A stretch of 64,000 nt of DNA, from assembly GCA_963575745.1 (NCBI GenBank), contig CAUYUJ010000178.1, positions 1 through 64,000 on the forward strand, given 5' to 3'. Both the position numbers and the translations under genes were made by a program. Below the pieces are notes generated by a model. That model was given only the letters and a program-made list of their open reading frames with translations. It had not been told where the DNA came from and did not search any database. This stretch comes from Prorocentrum cordatum (Eukaryota). Below, in pieces: positions 1 through 11,457 of this stretch. Within the stretch, counting starts at the first letter, position 1, and every line of letters starts with the position of its first letter.

Positions 1-391
1 CAACCCGAACCTGAGACCCTACCCCTACGGATCCAAGCGACGCTGGGGTATCGAACACCGCCGGTGGGGTCGACGTGGCTGCAGAAATCCTTCAAGTTTT
101 GAGCCCTGGCAGGTTTTTGAAAAATCTGACCTGCAGGGATGGGATTCACACGAACGACGGAAGAAAATTGGGTCGATTGCGCGGACAGTCGCGCGTAAGG
201 TTCCCGCGTAACACTGCGCGTGAGCGCCCTCTTCTCCGCGCGGCGCGCCGCGCTGGCGGCCCGCATCGATGTCTCGCGTAAGGCCCGTCTGAATTCGCCT
301 CGTCGCTCACACGTGGCTGCCTGCCGAAGCCTTACGGTCGGGAACTCTTGGCCAGCGCGTCGTTCCGCCTCTTCTGCGCGACAAGCCAATC

Positions 392-587
392 TCGGGCCGG
401 GCGAAAGGGGGGGATTGGGAAAGGGGGGGTTACGAAATTTGCTGCATGCAGCTGGTTTCGGCCTCACCGAGGGGGCCATTCCTCGATACATGGCCGCCCC
501 CGGCGCCGGGAGGCGCCGGGAAAATCAGCTACGTGAGCTGATTCTCAAACCACCCCCTTTGCTATCCCCCCCATTCGCCCGACCCGA
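392..587. mobile_element. MITE family T1 (TCGGG..CCCGA termini), copy 1
   Basis: ~25-bp imperfect TIRs; flanks CAATC/TAATC (4 of 5 match); closely similar to 46257-46441. Confidence 0.75.
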
Positions 588-852
588 TAATCACGCCCCG
601 GCCCCCAAGCATCAGCGGCGCGAGCCTGCCAGCCTCCTGCCTCGCGGAGCGGAGCGACACGCCAGCCACTCGCAAGGCATGGCGTGCCGCCGGGGCCGCC
701 GGGCCGACACGCTCCTCCTCCGCCTCCTCCGCCTCCTCCTCCTCCTCCCCCTCCTCCTCCTCCTCCTCCTCCTCTCTCGCTGCCTCCTCCTCCCTCCTCC
801 TCCTCCTCCTCCTCCTCCTCCTCGCCGAAAGCTGCCGGCCGTGCCAAGCGAG

Positions 853-1050
853 GTGGTGCCGGGAGGCCTGCTGAAGTGCGCGCTGCTGGTGCGCGGCAGC
901 CTGGACCTCTCCGTGGACCTGCCGGAGCCTGGACCTCTCCGTGGACCTGCCGGAGCTGCGGCAGTGGCGGCGCGACAGCCTGGCGGTCGAGGTGCGGATG
1001 GTGCACCTGGACAGCAGGAAGGTCTGCCACGCCTGGCCGCGCACGTTGAG
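853..1050 (+). CDS. SP-RING/MIZ SUMO E3 ligase (SIZ1/PIAS-like), internal exon A; contains a frameshifting 28-bp tandem duplication
   Basis: AG acceptor at 851-852, GC donor at 1051. After removing one copy of the 901-928/929-956 duplication it reads VVPGGLLKCALLVRGSLDLSVDLPELRQWRRDSLAVEVRMVHLDSRKVCHAWPRTL(R) and joins exon B in phase 2. Upstream exons probably lie outside the window. Confidence 0.75.
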
Positions 1051-1429
1051 GCTCGAGGAAGAATAAAAAAGAAGAAGAAGAAGAAGAAGAAGGAGCGGCA
1101 TCAACATAGGGTCGGGACTTGGTGCTTTACTTCGTGGTTCGAGCTTTTCGAACGTTTCCGTCGTTTCTCCGCGGCTTTCCAGCCTCGGGAGGCGTTCCAG
1201 CAGCTGCGCCTCGTTAAGAGTCTTCCGGGCCGCCTGGATCGTCCCGAACGGCCGCGGGAGCCCGACTAATGATTTGAAATCGGGGAGCCTCCTCCTCCAC
1301 TCCTTTTCCTCATAAGTAATTTATCCCTGTCGCACCCCGAAGCAAGTTTTTTAGGGCGGGCCGGGCGTCTCGCCTGAGACTTCCTCACCATTAGTGACTC
1401 TGAAGCTCAAAACTTGGCAACACTTTCAC

Positions 1430-1750
1430 AGATGGAGGGCGGGTCGTTTTCAAACTGTAGCTCTGGCCTTAGCGCCGAGCACATTCGTTGTAGAGAATTG
1501 CAAGAGCTTCACGGATTGAGGGCGAATGGTTTTCAAAATGTGGCTCTCGCCCTAGCGCCGCGCACATTCATTTAACAAGATTGCAGGTGTTTCACGACTT
1601 GAGGGCTGCTCCTTTTCAAAATTTGGCTCTCGCCTCAGCGCCGTGCACATTCGTTTTCACCATTTGCAAGAATTTCGCGAATTGAGGGCGGTTCCTTTTC
1701 AAAATGTGGTTCTCGCGTTAGCGCCGCGCACATTCGTTTATTTATAAATT
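1430..1750. repeat. Short tandem array (~83-bp unit, 4 copies) of a dispersed satellite family
   Basis: Repeated GAGGGCG..TTTTCAAAATGTGGCTCTCGCC.TAGCGCCG.GCACATTC. Reverse-complement copies at ~18480-18830, 19490-19870 and ~56810-56950. Confidence 0.75.
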
Positions 1751-3238
1751 GCGCAAAGAGTTTCACGGATTCACATGTCAGCGTACCAGAAATTGCGTTT
1801 TGGAAAGATTCCGGACTATACGGGCGCAACAGTTATGCCGATTCGCGGTGTTGAAGTCCCAGGAATGGCGTTCTGGCACGATTTCGGATAGTCAAGACGC
1901 AACAGTCAGGTTGATCCGTTGAGTTGAATTCCCGAGAACAATGTTTACGCATGCTTCAGGGTCTTCAAGAGGTTGTCTTCCAACGAGGCAGTTCTTTCAA
2001 TGGAACTGAACCGTTATAGGGGCCTATGGATAGGGAGCTTGGAGGGAGGGCTTATTCCAACATCGTTGATGACTCTTGGGTTCACACTGGTCTTCCTCCT
2101 CCTCCTCCTCCCTCTCCTCCTCCCCCTCCTCCTCCTCCTCCTCCTCCTCCTCCTTCTCCTCTTCCTCCTCCCTCTCCTCCTCCTCCTCCTCCTCCTCCTC
2201 CTCCTCCTCCTCCTCCTCCTCCTCCTCCTCCCCCTCCCCCTCCTCATCCTCCTCCTTCTCCTCCTCCTCCTCCTCCTCCTCCTCCTCCTCTTCCTCCTAG
2301 CTGCCGAGCATTCGCCTGAGCAGACTCCCTCGAAGCACGCGCCACGGGTCGGTCGGGAGCTTCTGGTTCACGTGTCGCGCCGCCGGCTCTGGCCCACAGC
2401 GCCTCGGCGCGACACGCTGATCACGTTCCAGCCCCCGCGGCGTCGAGGGAAAAGGAAAAAGGGGGGAGGAGGAGGAGGAGTAGGAGGAGGAGGAGGAGGG
2501 GAGGAGGAGAGGGGGAGGAGGAGGAGGAGGAGGAGGAGGAGGGGGAGGAGGAGGAGGAGGAGGAGGAGGAGGAGGAGGAGGAGGAGGACGAGGAGGAGGA
2601 GGAGGAGGGGGGAGGAGCGTGTAGCCGAGCCTTTGCTAGCTTGCCGCCCCGCGGCGCGGAGCGACACGCTGCCGCTCACAGGGCATGGCAGGTAGCCGGG
2701 GCCGCCACCGCGACACGCGGAGCAGAAGTTCCAGGCCGAAGCCAGCGCAGATCCAGGGAGTCCGCGCGGGCTTCCGATCGCCGACAGGTCGTGTCTACCC
2801 AGACATCTTATGTCCTGATTTGTTCAATACAGGGCCCCCAGAAATCCCGACCCTTTCCCCAGGGCAACTGCTTCGTCCCGAGTCGTTTCGGGGGGGCATA
2901 CAGCGAGGGCCCCCAGAGACCGAGAGCAGGCAACACCTCATGATTGATTGCTTCAGACCCAGACATGCGACGTCCTGATTTTTCAGGACGGCGTCCCTGG
3001 AAGTCCCGACCCCTTCCCCGGGACAAGTTATCCGTCCTGAATCGTTGTTTGACGGCCCCGAGGCCCGGCGAGGGCCCCCCGAGGCCGAAATTGGCCCGAA
3101 ACCGCCCGTCCTGACTTTTGTTTGCGACGCGATCATGCCTGGGAATCTCTTCGGACCGGGGTCTTCGGAGGCCCCCACCCCCTCCCCCAGCGCAAGTGTT
3201 TCGTCCCGGGTCGTTTTTTTTGGGGGGGGGGCCAGGGA

Positions 3239-3427
3239 TCGGGGGCGGCAAAGGGGGGTGATGACTAGGGGGAGGTGGATATGGCGGGGGCCATGATATT
3301 TGCCCGGATTTCATGGCGCCTCCTCTTGCTTCATTACGTCCTTGGTCCCCCCGCTGGGCCGCGCACATGCCGCCGGTCATGATCTGCACCCCCCCCTCCT
3401 GGACACCCCCCTCTTAGCCGCTCCCGA
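3239..3427. mobile_element. MITE family T2 (TCGGG..CCCGA termini), copy 1
   Basis: TIRs TCGGGGGCGGC..GCCGCTCCCGA with perfect 5-bp TSD AGGGA; similar to 49243-49438. Confidence 0.85.
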
Positions 3428-3803
3428 AGGGAGGGGCACTGGAGGCCAGAACCAGGCCAAACCTCATCATTGTTAGGTCGGGCATGTCCTCTTGCAGGCG
3501 GCCTCTGGAAGACAAATGAAACATAGTCAAAAAGAGATCAAACAATACGCCGAAAAGCACGAAGAATCGTCACCAGACTATTTTCTACTATTCTTGCAGA
3601 TTCCTCCTGCGGAGAGAAATGTCCGATTTGACATGATTGATTGTTTCGACACGCTGTGTGTCTGGTGGGCACCGATCTAGGAAGTCTGTGCGGACTTCCA
3701 GACGTTTCTGCTTCAAGCCCTCTGTTGTTGCTCCCCTGCAGGGCCCGTTTGACCTGATCGATCCGATTATACATGTATATGTGTCTATATGTGTACATAT
3801 ACC

Positions 3804-3854
<51 letters not shown>

Positions 3855-4831
3855 TACAGCCGCCCCGATCCGATTCGAGTTCCGACGACCCGATGCGGCC
3901 CGATAACTACGTGCGTAGCGCCCTGGCACAAACCCGCGCAGCCGATCCGATTCGATCCCGACCCAGTTTCGATGCAGCCCGATCAGGATTTCGTCTCGGT
4001 TCGTGTTTGTCAGGAGGGGAAGAAACACACAGACACAATTAATCGTCGATTCCCAGGAAAATATGGGAAACTATGGGAAGTGGGGGGAAGACGAAAACCC
4101 AGAAAGTATGTGAAAAGATCGGGAAATTCTTTACTTGTGTGTATTTATGTGTGTGTCCCAAGGCCCCTTCAGTTTGGGCGGTCCCGGGGCCCAGCGAGGG
4201 CCCAAGAGGCCGATAGCTATAAAAAAAGCGTCGTCTTGATTTTTGCAAGACGTCCGGGCAACGAGAAGTACGGTCGAACCTCGAGTCCGTCTTGGGGAGA
4301 GCACCCTCATGTTCTTCGTGTCTGTTGGAAGTGCTCGTGCATCCTGGGCCCTTGGCTGCTCTGGGGGTCTGGCCAGTGGAGGCTCGCAGACGTGCAAAGT
4401 CTTCACTTTTTCAGTACGGCGTCCCCCGAAGTCCCGACCCTCTCCCCGGGACCGGCTTTTCATCCTGAGTCCGAGGGCCCCCAAAGGCTGAAAACGGTGA
4501 AACCGCTGTCCTGATTTCTGTGGCGGCGCGACCATGTCTGGGGTCTCCTGTTCTTGAGGGGTGTGCTTCTGGCCACGGTCCGATGGCATGTACACTTGAG
4601 TCGGGCCCGTCCCTCCTCAGGAGGAATATTCAACAATCGTAAAAAAATAGTCTGGGGACGATTTTGTTACTATTTTTGACCATTTGGGGGTCTTTTTGCT
4701 TTTTTGTTTTAAGAAAAAATCGCCCAAAATCCCCCTGTAGCGAGGCAAGCCCGACCTAAATGTACACGCACCGATCCAGGCCGGGCCCCTGCTGGGCCGA
4801 GGATCGGTGCGCGCACGCCTCCCTTGCCGAG

Positions 4832-4955
4832 GTTCGTGGCCAACGGCAGCGAGGTGTTCGCCGTGCGCCCGCCGGAGGAGGGCCACAAGCGGCGGGACGT
4901 GCCGGTGGGCGTGTCCGCGGGGCTCCGGCCGGGCCCCAACAGCATCAGCGTGCGG
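4832..4955 (+). CDS. SIZ1/PIAS-like SUMO E3 ligase, exon B
   Basis: AG at 4830-4831, GT at 4956. Encodes FVANGSEVFAVRPPEEGHKRRDVPVGVSAGLRPGPNSISVR. The W-P..L...NG...LRPG.N pattern resembles the PINIT-like region that precedes SP-RING domains. GC3-rich codons. Confidence 0.8.
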
Positions 4956-5557
4956 GTGCTGCTGGTGGGGTCAAGCGGTGACACGTACCCAGAGCTGACC
5001 GCGTCGTAGAGATATCCGGGCGGGAGGTGTTTCGCCGTTTTCGGCCTCGGGGGGCCCTCGCCAGGCCTCGGGACCGTCCAGATTTCACGAGTCAGGATGA
5101 AAAACCGGTCCCGGGGAAAGGGTCGGGGCTTCCAGGGACTCCGTATTGAAAAAGGGGGGATACCCAGAGATCCGACGCTCCAAAAAAATTAGAGCGGGCG
5201 GATTGTGTCTGCTTTTGGCTTCCGGGGGGCCTCGCCGGGCCTCGGGAGGGATACCCAGAGATCCGACGCTCCCCAAAAATGTGACCGGGCGGATGGTGTC
5301 TGATTTGGGCTCCTGGGGACCTTCGCCGGGCCTCGGGAGCGTGAGAAAAGAATGCAGTGGTCCAGATCTCCGGGGCCCACGCATCGACAAAAATTGGAGC
5401 AGCCGGATGTCTGGGGGAGATAGATTGGCTACACGTAAGAGTGACTTCTCGCTGGAGTGGCCTCTGGCGCGGGCTCATCGGGTTCCCCCAGATCGCTGCG
5501 CGTGATGCGATAGCGGCTGACTGCGCGCTTGGATATGGCCACCTTGCGCCCCCTTCT

Positions 5558-5731
5558 CCCTCGCCCTCCACCTTCCGCACCTTCCGCGCGGCAGGTGCCG
5601 CGCCGCTGCGGACGCCGCCGCCGCCGAAACCGCTGCTGCGGCCTCGGCGGAAGTCGCAGTGGCGGCCGCGGCGGCGGCCGCCGCGGCGTGGAACCCGCCG
5701 CGCGGAAGGTGCGGAAGATGGAGGGCGAGGG
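5558..5731. mobile_element. MITE family C2 (CCCTCG..CGAGGG termini), copy 1
   Basis: ~35-bp TIR CCCTCGCCCTCCAYCTTCCGCACCTTCCGCGCGGC, 2-bp TSD CT; inverted homologue at 63329-63502. Confidence 0.85.
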
Positions 5732-7083
5732 CTCCTCCGCGCACCAAAGGTCACTCTTGCCTAGGGAATTTCTTGCGTGCAGCCGAGAAAAGCCCAGGCG
5801 TGCTCGCGTCGTTCGAGGGAGCGTGGATCCGCCACGGGTCCCGTTTCCATTGCGACATCGGCGCGCTCCGTCGAGAGAGGAGGCGGCGTTGGCTCCACGT
5901 GTTGGGAGCGCCTTCCCCGATCTGTGGATCTGGCTGATCCGCGGATCCCTGGCGCCCGCGCGACAGATCTACGGATCGGCGTGCGCCCGAGTCGCGAAAC
6001 AGAAACATTAGTTTGGGGCCATTCTGGGGTGTCCCCAGAGATCCGACGCTCCAAAAAAAAAGGAGCGGGCGGATTTGGGCTGATTTGGGCGCTTCTAGGG
6101 GCCCTCACCGGGCCTCGGGAGCGTCAAAAAACGATTCAGGGCGAAAAGCCGGCCTGAGGGAAGTGGTCCAGACCTCCGGGGCCCACCCATCGACAAAAAT
6201 TGGAGCAGCCGGATGTCTGGGAACGACTTGGGTGGAAGGTCTTGGGGAATGGGGTCGAGGTCTCGGGGTGTCCACGCTGGTTCCCAGACATGCGACGTCC
6301 TGATTTTTTCAGGACGGCGTCCCCGGAAGTCCCGGTACCCTTTCCCCGGGACCGGTTTTTCGTCTCGAATCGTTTTTCGACGGTCCCGAGGCCCCCGGCG
6401 AGGGCCCCGAGAGGCCAAAAGTTGCGAAAAGCCTCCGTCGTGAATTTTTCCATGCGTTGGATCTCTGGGTGGGTGGAAGGTCTCGGGGGAATGGGGTGGA
6501 GGTCTCGTGGTGTCCGCGCCGGTTTCTCTGTGAAGGGCCAACGTGCGCGCGACGTCAGGGGCCTGGGAGGGTGCCGGCACCGCTGCTCCCCAGACCCCAG
6601 ACTTCTCCCCAGGGGTGCGTTCTGACCAGCACGTCGAGGAGAATCCAGCGGTGGCGACACCTCAATGACCCAGACATCCTGCGACCCAGAGATCCAACGC
6701 ATGGAAAAAAGCAAGAGGGATGTTTTTCCCAGCTTTTGGCCCCGAGGGCCCTCGCCGGGCCCCGGGACCGCCGAAAAAGCGGCTCGGGACGAAGAGCCTG
6801 TCTTGGCTGGGGTCGAGACTTCCGGGGAGCCCGCATTGAAGAAATCAGGGCATCGGACCTTTGGGTTGTATTTTGCATCCGCGGCCCCAAATCTCCCGAT
6901 CCCTTCCCCTGGGACAGCTTTACGCCTGGGTCCACGTCGGATGCTCCGGGGTCCCGACACATAGGCTCCCGAGGGCCTCGTCGAGGAAAACCCGCCTGTA
7001 TCCCCAGAGATCCGATGTCGTGATTTTTTCAGTGCGGCGTCCGCGGAAGTCTCGACCTTTCCCCAAGACAGGGTTTTTGTCCT

Positions 7084-7120
7084 TCCGTAGCCATTTTGGC
7101 TCAAGCCATTTTGGCTCAAG
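7084..7120 (+). other. Genomic dinoflagellate spliced leader (22 nt) followed by a 15-nt relict spliced leader
   Basis: TCCGTAGCCATTTTGGCTCAAG (7084-7105) is an exact match to DinoSL DCCGTAGCCATTTTGGCTCAAG. It is immediately followed by CCATTTTGGCTCAAG (7106-7120). Confidence 0.97.
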
Positions 7121-7202
7121 TCTCGCGGCCGCCGATTCTTGCGCCCCCGGGGCGCAAACCCTGCGCCCGCTCGGTGCGGCAACGCCACACCCGCGGGGCC
7201 CG

Positions 7203-7559
7203 ATGGCGTCTGTCTCCGAGAAGTTCGACGCCTCGGGCGGATTCAGTGGCAAGGGCGACGGTCGCGCCAAGGTGCACATCCGCATGCAGCAGCGCAACGG
7301 CCGGAAGTCTTGGACGACGGTCCAGGGATTCCCAGAGCAGGTGCAGCTCCCGAAGACAGGCAGGGTTCTGCCCGTGAATTTCGAGAAGATCCTGCAGCAC
7401 CTCAAGAAGACGTTCAAAACCAACGGCACGCTCATCTATGACTCGGAGCACGGCACCATCATACAGCTGCAGGGTGACATCCGCAAAGAGGTTGCCGAGT
7501 TTCTGGTCGGAGCCACAGCGCTGATATCGAAAGACCAGGTGATGATCCACGGCTCCTGA
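7203..7559 (+). CDS. SUI1: Eukaryotic translation initiation factor 1 (eIF1/SUI1), intronless retrocopy, 118 aa
   Basis: VHIRMQQRNGRKSWTTVQG...LKKTFKTNGT......GTIIQLQGDIR...FL...IHG is the SUI1 signature. The ORF is intact from ATG to TGA, has no introns, and has a spliced leader 82 nt upstream. Confidence 0.95.
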   Translation: MASVSEKFDASGGFSGKGDGRAKVHIRMQQRNGRKSWTTVQGFPEQVQLPKTGRVLPVNFEKILQHLKKTFKTNGTLIYDSEHGTIIQLQGDIRKEVAEFLVGATALISKDQVMIHGS

Positions 7560-9339
7560 GCGGCCCCCTTGCGTTTCTGCCTCCTGGCCACTCTTTTTCC
7601 TTTTGGTCCTTCTTCCTTCTCCCTCGCTTTCTCGCTCTCCCTCTGCTTGTCCTTTCTTCCCTCTCCTCCCGCTCCCCTTTTTTCTCCCCCATGCCTGCTG
7701 CTTGTGGTTTGGGAACCCCCTGTTCCTCAGAGGTGACGCTGGCAATGCCCATCACCACTGCATATGGTCCACAGATAACCCAGACATCTGACGTCTCGAT
7801 TTTTTCGAGACACGGGCTCCCGACCTCCCGACCACTTCCCCGGGACCGGCTTTTCGTCCCGGGTCGTTCTTTGACGGTCCCGAGGCCCGGCGAGCGCTTC
7901 CAGAGACCGGAAGCGATGAAAAATTGTCGTCTCGATTTTTTCGAGACGCCCGGTGTTTGGGAAATCAGGCGAGACGGTTGCAAGATGTGGCGTGGTGCCT
8001 GCCCCACCCCCACAAGGGTCTGCACACCGCGGTGCCATGCACGACAAAAGTGCGATGTCGTCTCGCGTGGCTGATCGTGCTGAAGCATGTAGCCAGCAGT
8101 ACAGGCGAGTACCTCCGCAGTTCTAGTTCGCTTGCTTCTTGCCCGCGGTGCAGAAAAAAGAGGCCGTTTTTTTGTTTGATCCTGAGTCGTTGTTTGACGG
8201 TGCCGAGGCCCGGCGAGGGCCTCCCGAGACCGGAAACGGCCAAGAACCTTCCGTGCCGTTTTTGGTTTATGACGCGATCATGTCTGGGATGTCCTCTGAG
8301 GGGAGGCGCGCGGCGTTCGGGTTGTAATTCGAGCCGCCGCCGGCCGTTCTCGGGACGACCCTGGCAGGCCCAGGGCGTTCTCGGCGAGAAGCGCAGCTGC
8401 TGGAAGGCCTCTCGAGGCGAGAAAATCTCCAAGCGCCAAAACGCCGGGAGCCCCGCCAGTATCGGAACCCAGCTATGATCGCGTCGTAAAAAAAACAGGA
8501 CGGGCGGTTTTTGGCCGTTTTCGGCCTCGGGGGGCCCTCGCCGGGCCTCGGGACCGTCCAAAAACGAGTCAGGATGAAAAACCGGTCCCGGGGAAAGGGT
8601 CGGGACTTCCAGGGACGCCGTCCTGAAAAAATCAGGGCGTCGCATGTTTGGGACCGTTTTCTCCCCGAGACCGCCGACGTCTTGACTTTTTCCATGCGGG
8701 ACTTTTTTCCCCGAGACCCCCACGTCTTGACTTGAGTTCTGGGCCACTTCCCGAGGACCGCCTTTTCGTCCCGGCTCGTTGCTTCACGGTCCGTGGGCCC
8801 AGCGAGGGCCTCCCGACGCCGACAATTGCGGAAAACCGATCGCTTTTGCTTCCACGCGTTCGAGGTTCCCAGAGATCCGATGCCGTGATTTGTTCAATAC
8901 GGTGTCCCCGGAAGTCTCGAACCCTTCCCCGGGACCCGTTCTTCATCCCGAGTCGTTGTTTGACGGCCCCGGGGCCCGGCGAGGGCCCCCTGGAGGCCAA
9001 AGACTGCGAAAGGCCGCTTGTCTTGCTCTTTTTTTCCCAGGCCCCTGGGGGGAGGAGGAGGAGGAGGAGGAGGAGGAGGAGGAGGAGGAGGAGGAGGAGG
9101 AGGGGAGGAGGAGGGAGGAAGGAGGAGGAGGAGGAAGGAGAGGAGGAGGAGGAGGGGCGGAAGGAGGAGGAGGAGGAGGAGGCGAGGAGGAGGAGGAGGG
9201 GAGGAGGAGGAGGAGGAGGAGGAGGAGGAGTATTAGGCGGAGTAAGGAGGAGGGAGGAGGAGGAGAGGAGGGGGAGGGGGAGTGGGGAGTGGGAGGGGGA
9301 GAGAAGGCTTTTTGGGTCTCTGGGCCTGGGCCCTCCGAG

Positions 9340-9462
9340 GTGCAGGACGACCCCGCGGGCGACTTCGTGCTGGCCCTGGCGGTCACTCGGCAGGTGGGCG
9401 TGCCGGAGCTGCGGCGGCGGGTGGCCCCCAGCGACCCCGAGGAGTCGCGGCGGCGTGCGCTG
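9340..9462 (+). CDS. SIZ1/PIAS-like SUMO E3 ligase, exon C
   Basis: AG at 9338-9339, GA donor at 9463. Encodes VQDDPAGDFVLALAVTRQVGVPELRRRVAPSDPEESRRRAL, phase 0 at both ends. Confidence 0.75.
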
Positions 9463-9940
9463 GAGCCGTGGGGCCTCCGCAAGCGGGGGTGCCGCGCCCC
9501 GCGGGGCGGCGCGCACGCTCGGCATCGCTTCTCCGATCCCCCTCCCATCGGTGCCTTCTTCTGTCTGGGAGGAGAGGAGGAGAGTAGGGAGGAGAGGAGG
9601 AGGAGGAGCAGGAGGGAGGAGGAGGAGGAGGGAGAGAGGAGGAGGGAGGAGGGGGAGGAGGAGGAGGAGGAGGAGGAGGAGGAGGATGAGGAGGAGGGGG
9701 GAGGAGGAGGAGGAGGAGGAGGAGGAGGAGGAGGAGGGGAGGAGGAGGAGGAGGTGGAGGAGGAGGAGGAGGAGGAGGAGGAGGAGGGGGGGAGCGAGAG
9801 CCAACGCATTGCAAAAATGAGGGCGGAGGCTTCTCGCGGTTTTACCCCCACCAAAATGACCCCCCCCCAGTTGGGGATACGCCCCTCGAGACCCGCAGGG
9901 AACGGCCTATCTCCCCATCTGGGGGGGTAAATCGGCCAGT

Positions 9941-10202
9941 GGGGCCCAGGCCACGCCGCTGGGGATGGGGGTCGGATGAGCGATACTCACACACTCAGAA
10001 GTCTGATCGTAGATTCTGGGGGCACAAGCAATGACAGAAACACGAAAAAACTCGGAGGTCCGCGCGGATCTGGGGCCCAGGCCACGCCGCTGGGGATGGG
10101 GGTCGGATGAGCGATACTCACACACTCAGAAGTCTGATCGTAGATTCTGGGGGCACAAGCAATGACAGAAACACGAAAAAACTCGGAGGTCCGCGCGGAT
10201 CT
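9941..10202. repeat. Exact tandem duplication of 131 bp
   Basis: 9941-10071 is repeated at 10072-10202. Confidence 0.9.
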
Positions 10203-11383
10203 CTCGGGATCGGCGTTGGACCCCCCCTGGCTTCGGGCCCCAGGGTCCTCACGAGAGGGTCCAGGGCTCCGGTCGTGATTTGTTTTGCGATGTTGCATAC
10301 TTTTGGCAACGTCAGATCGGAGGGAACGTCATGCATCTCGTCGGAGGTCCGCGTGGATTTCTCGAATCGGCGCTGGACCCCCCCCCCTCCCTGGCGCGCG
10401 GAGCGCGCCAGCGGCAGCTCCGGAGGCGCCGCGTGGGGGGGTTCTGGCGCAGGCCCGAGAAATCAGCGCGGACCTCCGAAGATGTTTGATTGAGCCATGA
10501 TTTGTCTTAGATCATCCGCGATTCTATAATCGTCGACGTTGGCGATGCATCGGCGACGTCGGCGTCAAGAAAATCGGGTTCCACCCTCGAGCCGCATCGC
10601 CAATACATCGGCGACGTGGAGCGCTCCCTCGACCCCACAGAAAATTGCTCAGAAGGCGGGAGGGCTCCTGAGAAGCACCGCCGCCTTCTGAGAAGGCCTC
10701 CTCCTCCTCGCTTCCCCCCCGCCCCCCGCTCGCCGCCGATATTGCGGGGGGGGGGGGATGTTCTGTTCTCGATGTGCAGTCAGCCCGCATAAGAAGAATG
10801 GGCGACCTTCCAAAGGGTACCCGTGCATCCTTGCCCCTTCGGCCCACCCGTGGCCACTTTCGCCGGCCGCACCCCGCTCGGGAAGCTTCGAAATGGCCCT
10901 CCAAGGCCCTTGCATCCTCATCGCGCATCCTTCTGATACGGGCCGAATGTACCTGATTCCCAGACCCTCGACGTCATGATTTTTTCATGACGGCGACCCC
11001 AAAGGTCTGGACCCCTTCCACGGGGCCGGTTTTTCGCCCTGGGTCGTTTTTTGACGGTCCCGAGTCCCTGTAAGGGCCTCCAGAGGCCGAAAATTGGGGA
11101 AAACCTCCCGTCGTGATTTTTGCATGACTCGAGGGGGTCTGACTTGGGCGCGCACGTCCACAATAGGCTCCCTGTGATGTCATCCGCCCCCGGGGTCGTG
11201 GGGGGAATGGGGTGGGGGGCAGGAGCAGGATGGATGGAGGGAGGGAGGGAGGGGGAGGGAGGGAGGATGAGAAGAAGGGAGCAGAGGAGAAGGAGGAGGA
11301 GGAGGGAGCAAAAATCGCCTTGGAGGAGGAGGAGGAGGAGAGGAGGGGGAGGAGGAGAGGAGGAGGAGGAGGGGGGACGCCAG

Positions 11384-11457
11384 GAGCTGCTGGCCGCCGG
11401 GCGGGGCGGCGGGGCCTCGGGCGGTGAGTGCCTCACGAGCGACGCGCTGCGGCTGAG
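11384..11457 (+). CDS. SIZ1/PIAS-like SUMO E3 ligase, exon D
   Basis: CAG acceptor 11381-11383, GC donor 11458. Encodes ELLAAGRGGGASGGECLTSDALRL(R), joining in phase 2 to give LRLRCPITM, the expected start of an SP-RING domain. Confidence 0.8.

Noticed and set aside
900..956. 28-nt micro-intron explaining the duplication
   Set aside because: The only AG-ending placements start with CC, which is not a known donor.
7084..7120. SL RNA gene
   Set aside because: The leader is followed by a relict leader, a UTR and an ORF, not by a GT donor and SL intron, so it is mRNA-derived.
6861..7202. N-terminal extension of eIF1 (232-aa ORF call)
   Set aside because: It reads through MITE, spliced leader and UTR sequence. 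SUI1 similarity starts after ATG 7203.
8153..8288. Right half of the MITE interrupted by the eIF1 retrocopy, with a short A run as its tail
   Set aside because: The position fits, but the outer 2-bp flanks (TC vs AT) do not match and no clean TSD was found, so the retrocopy's 3' end is left undefined.
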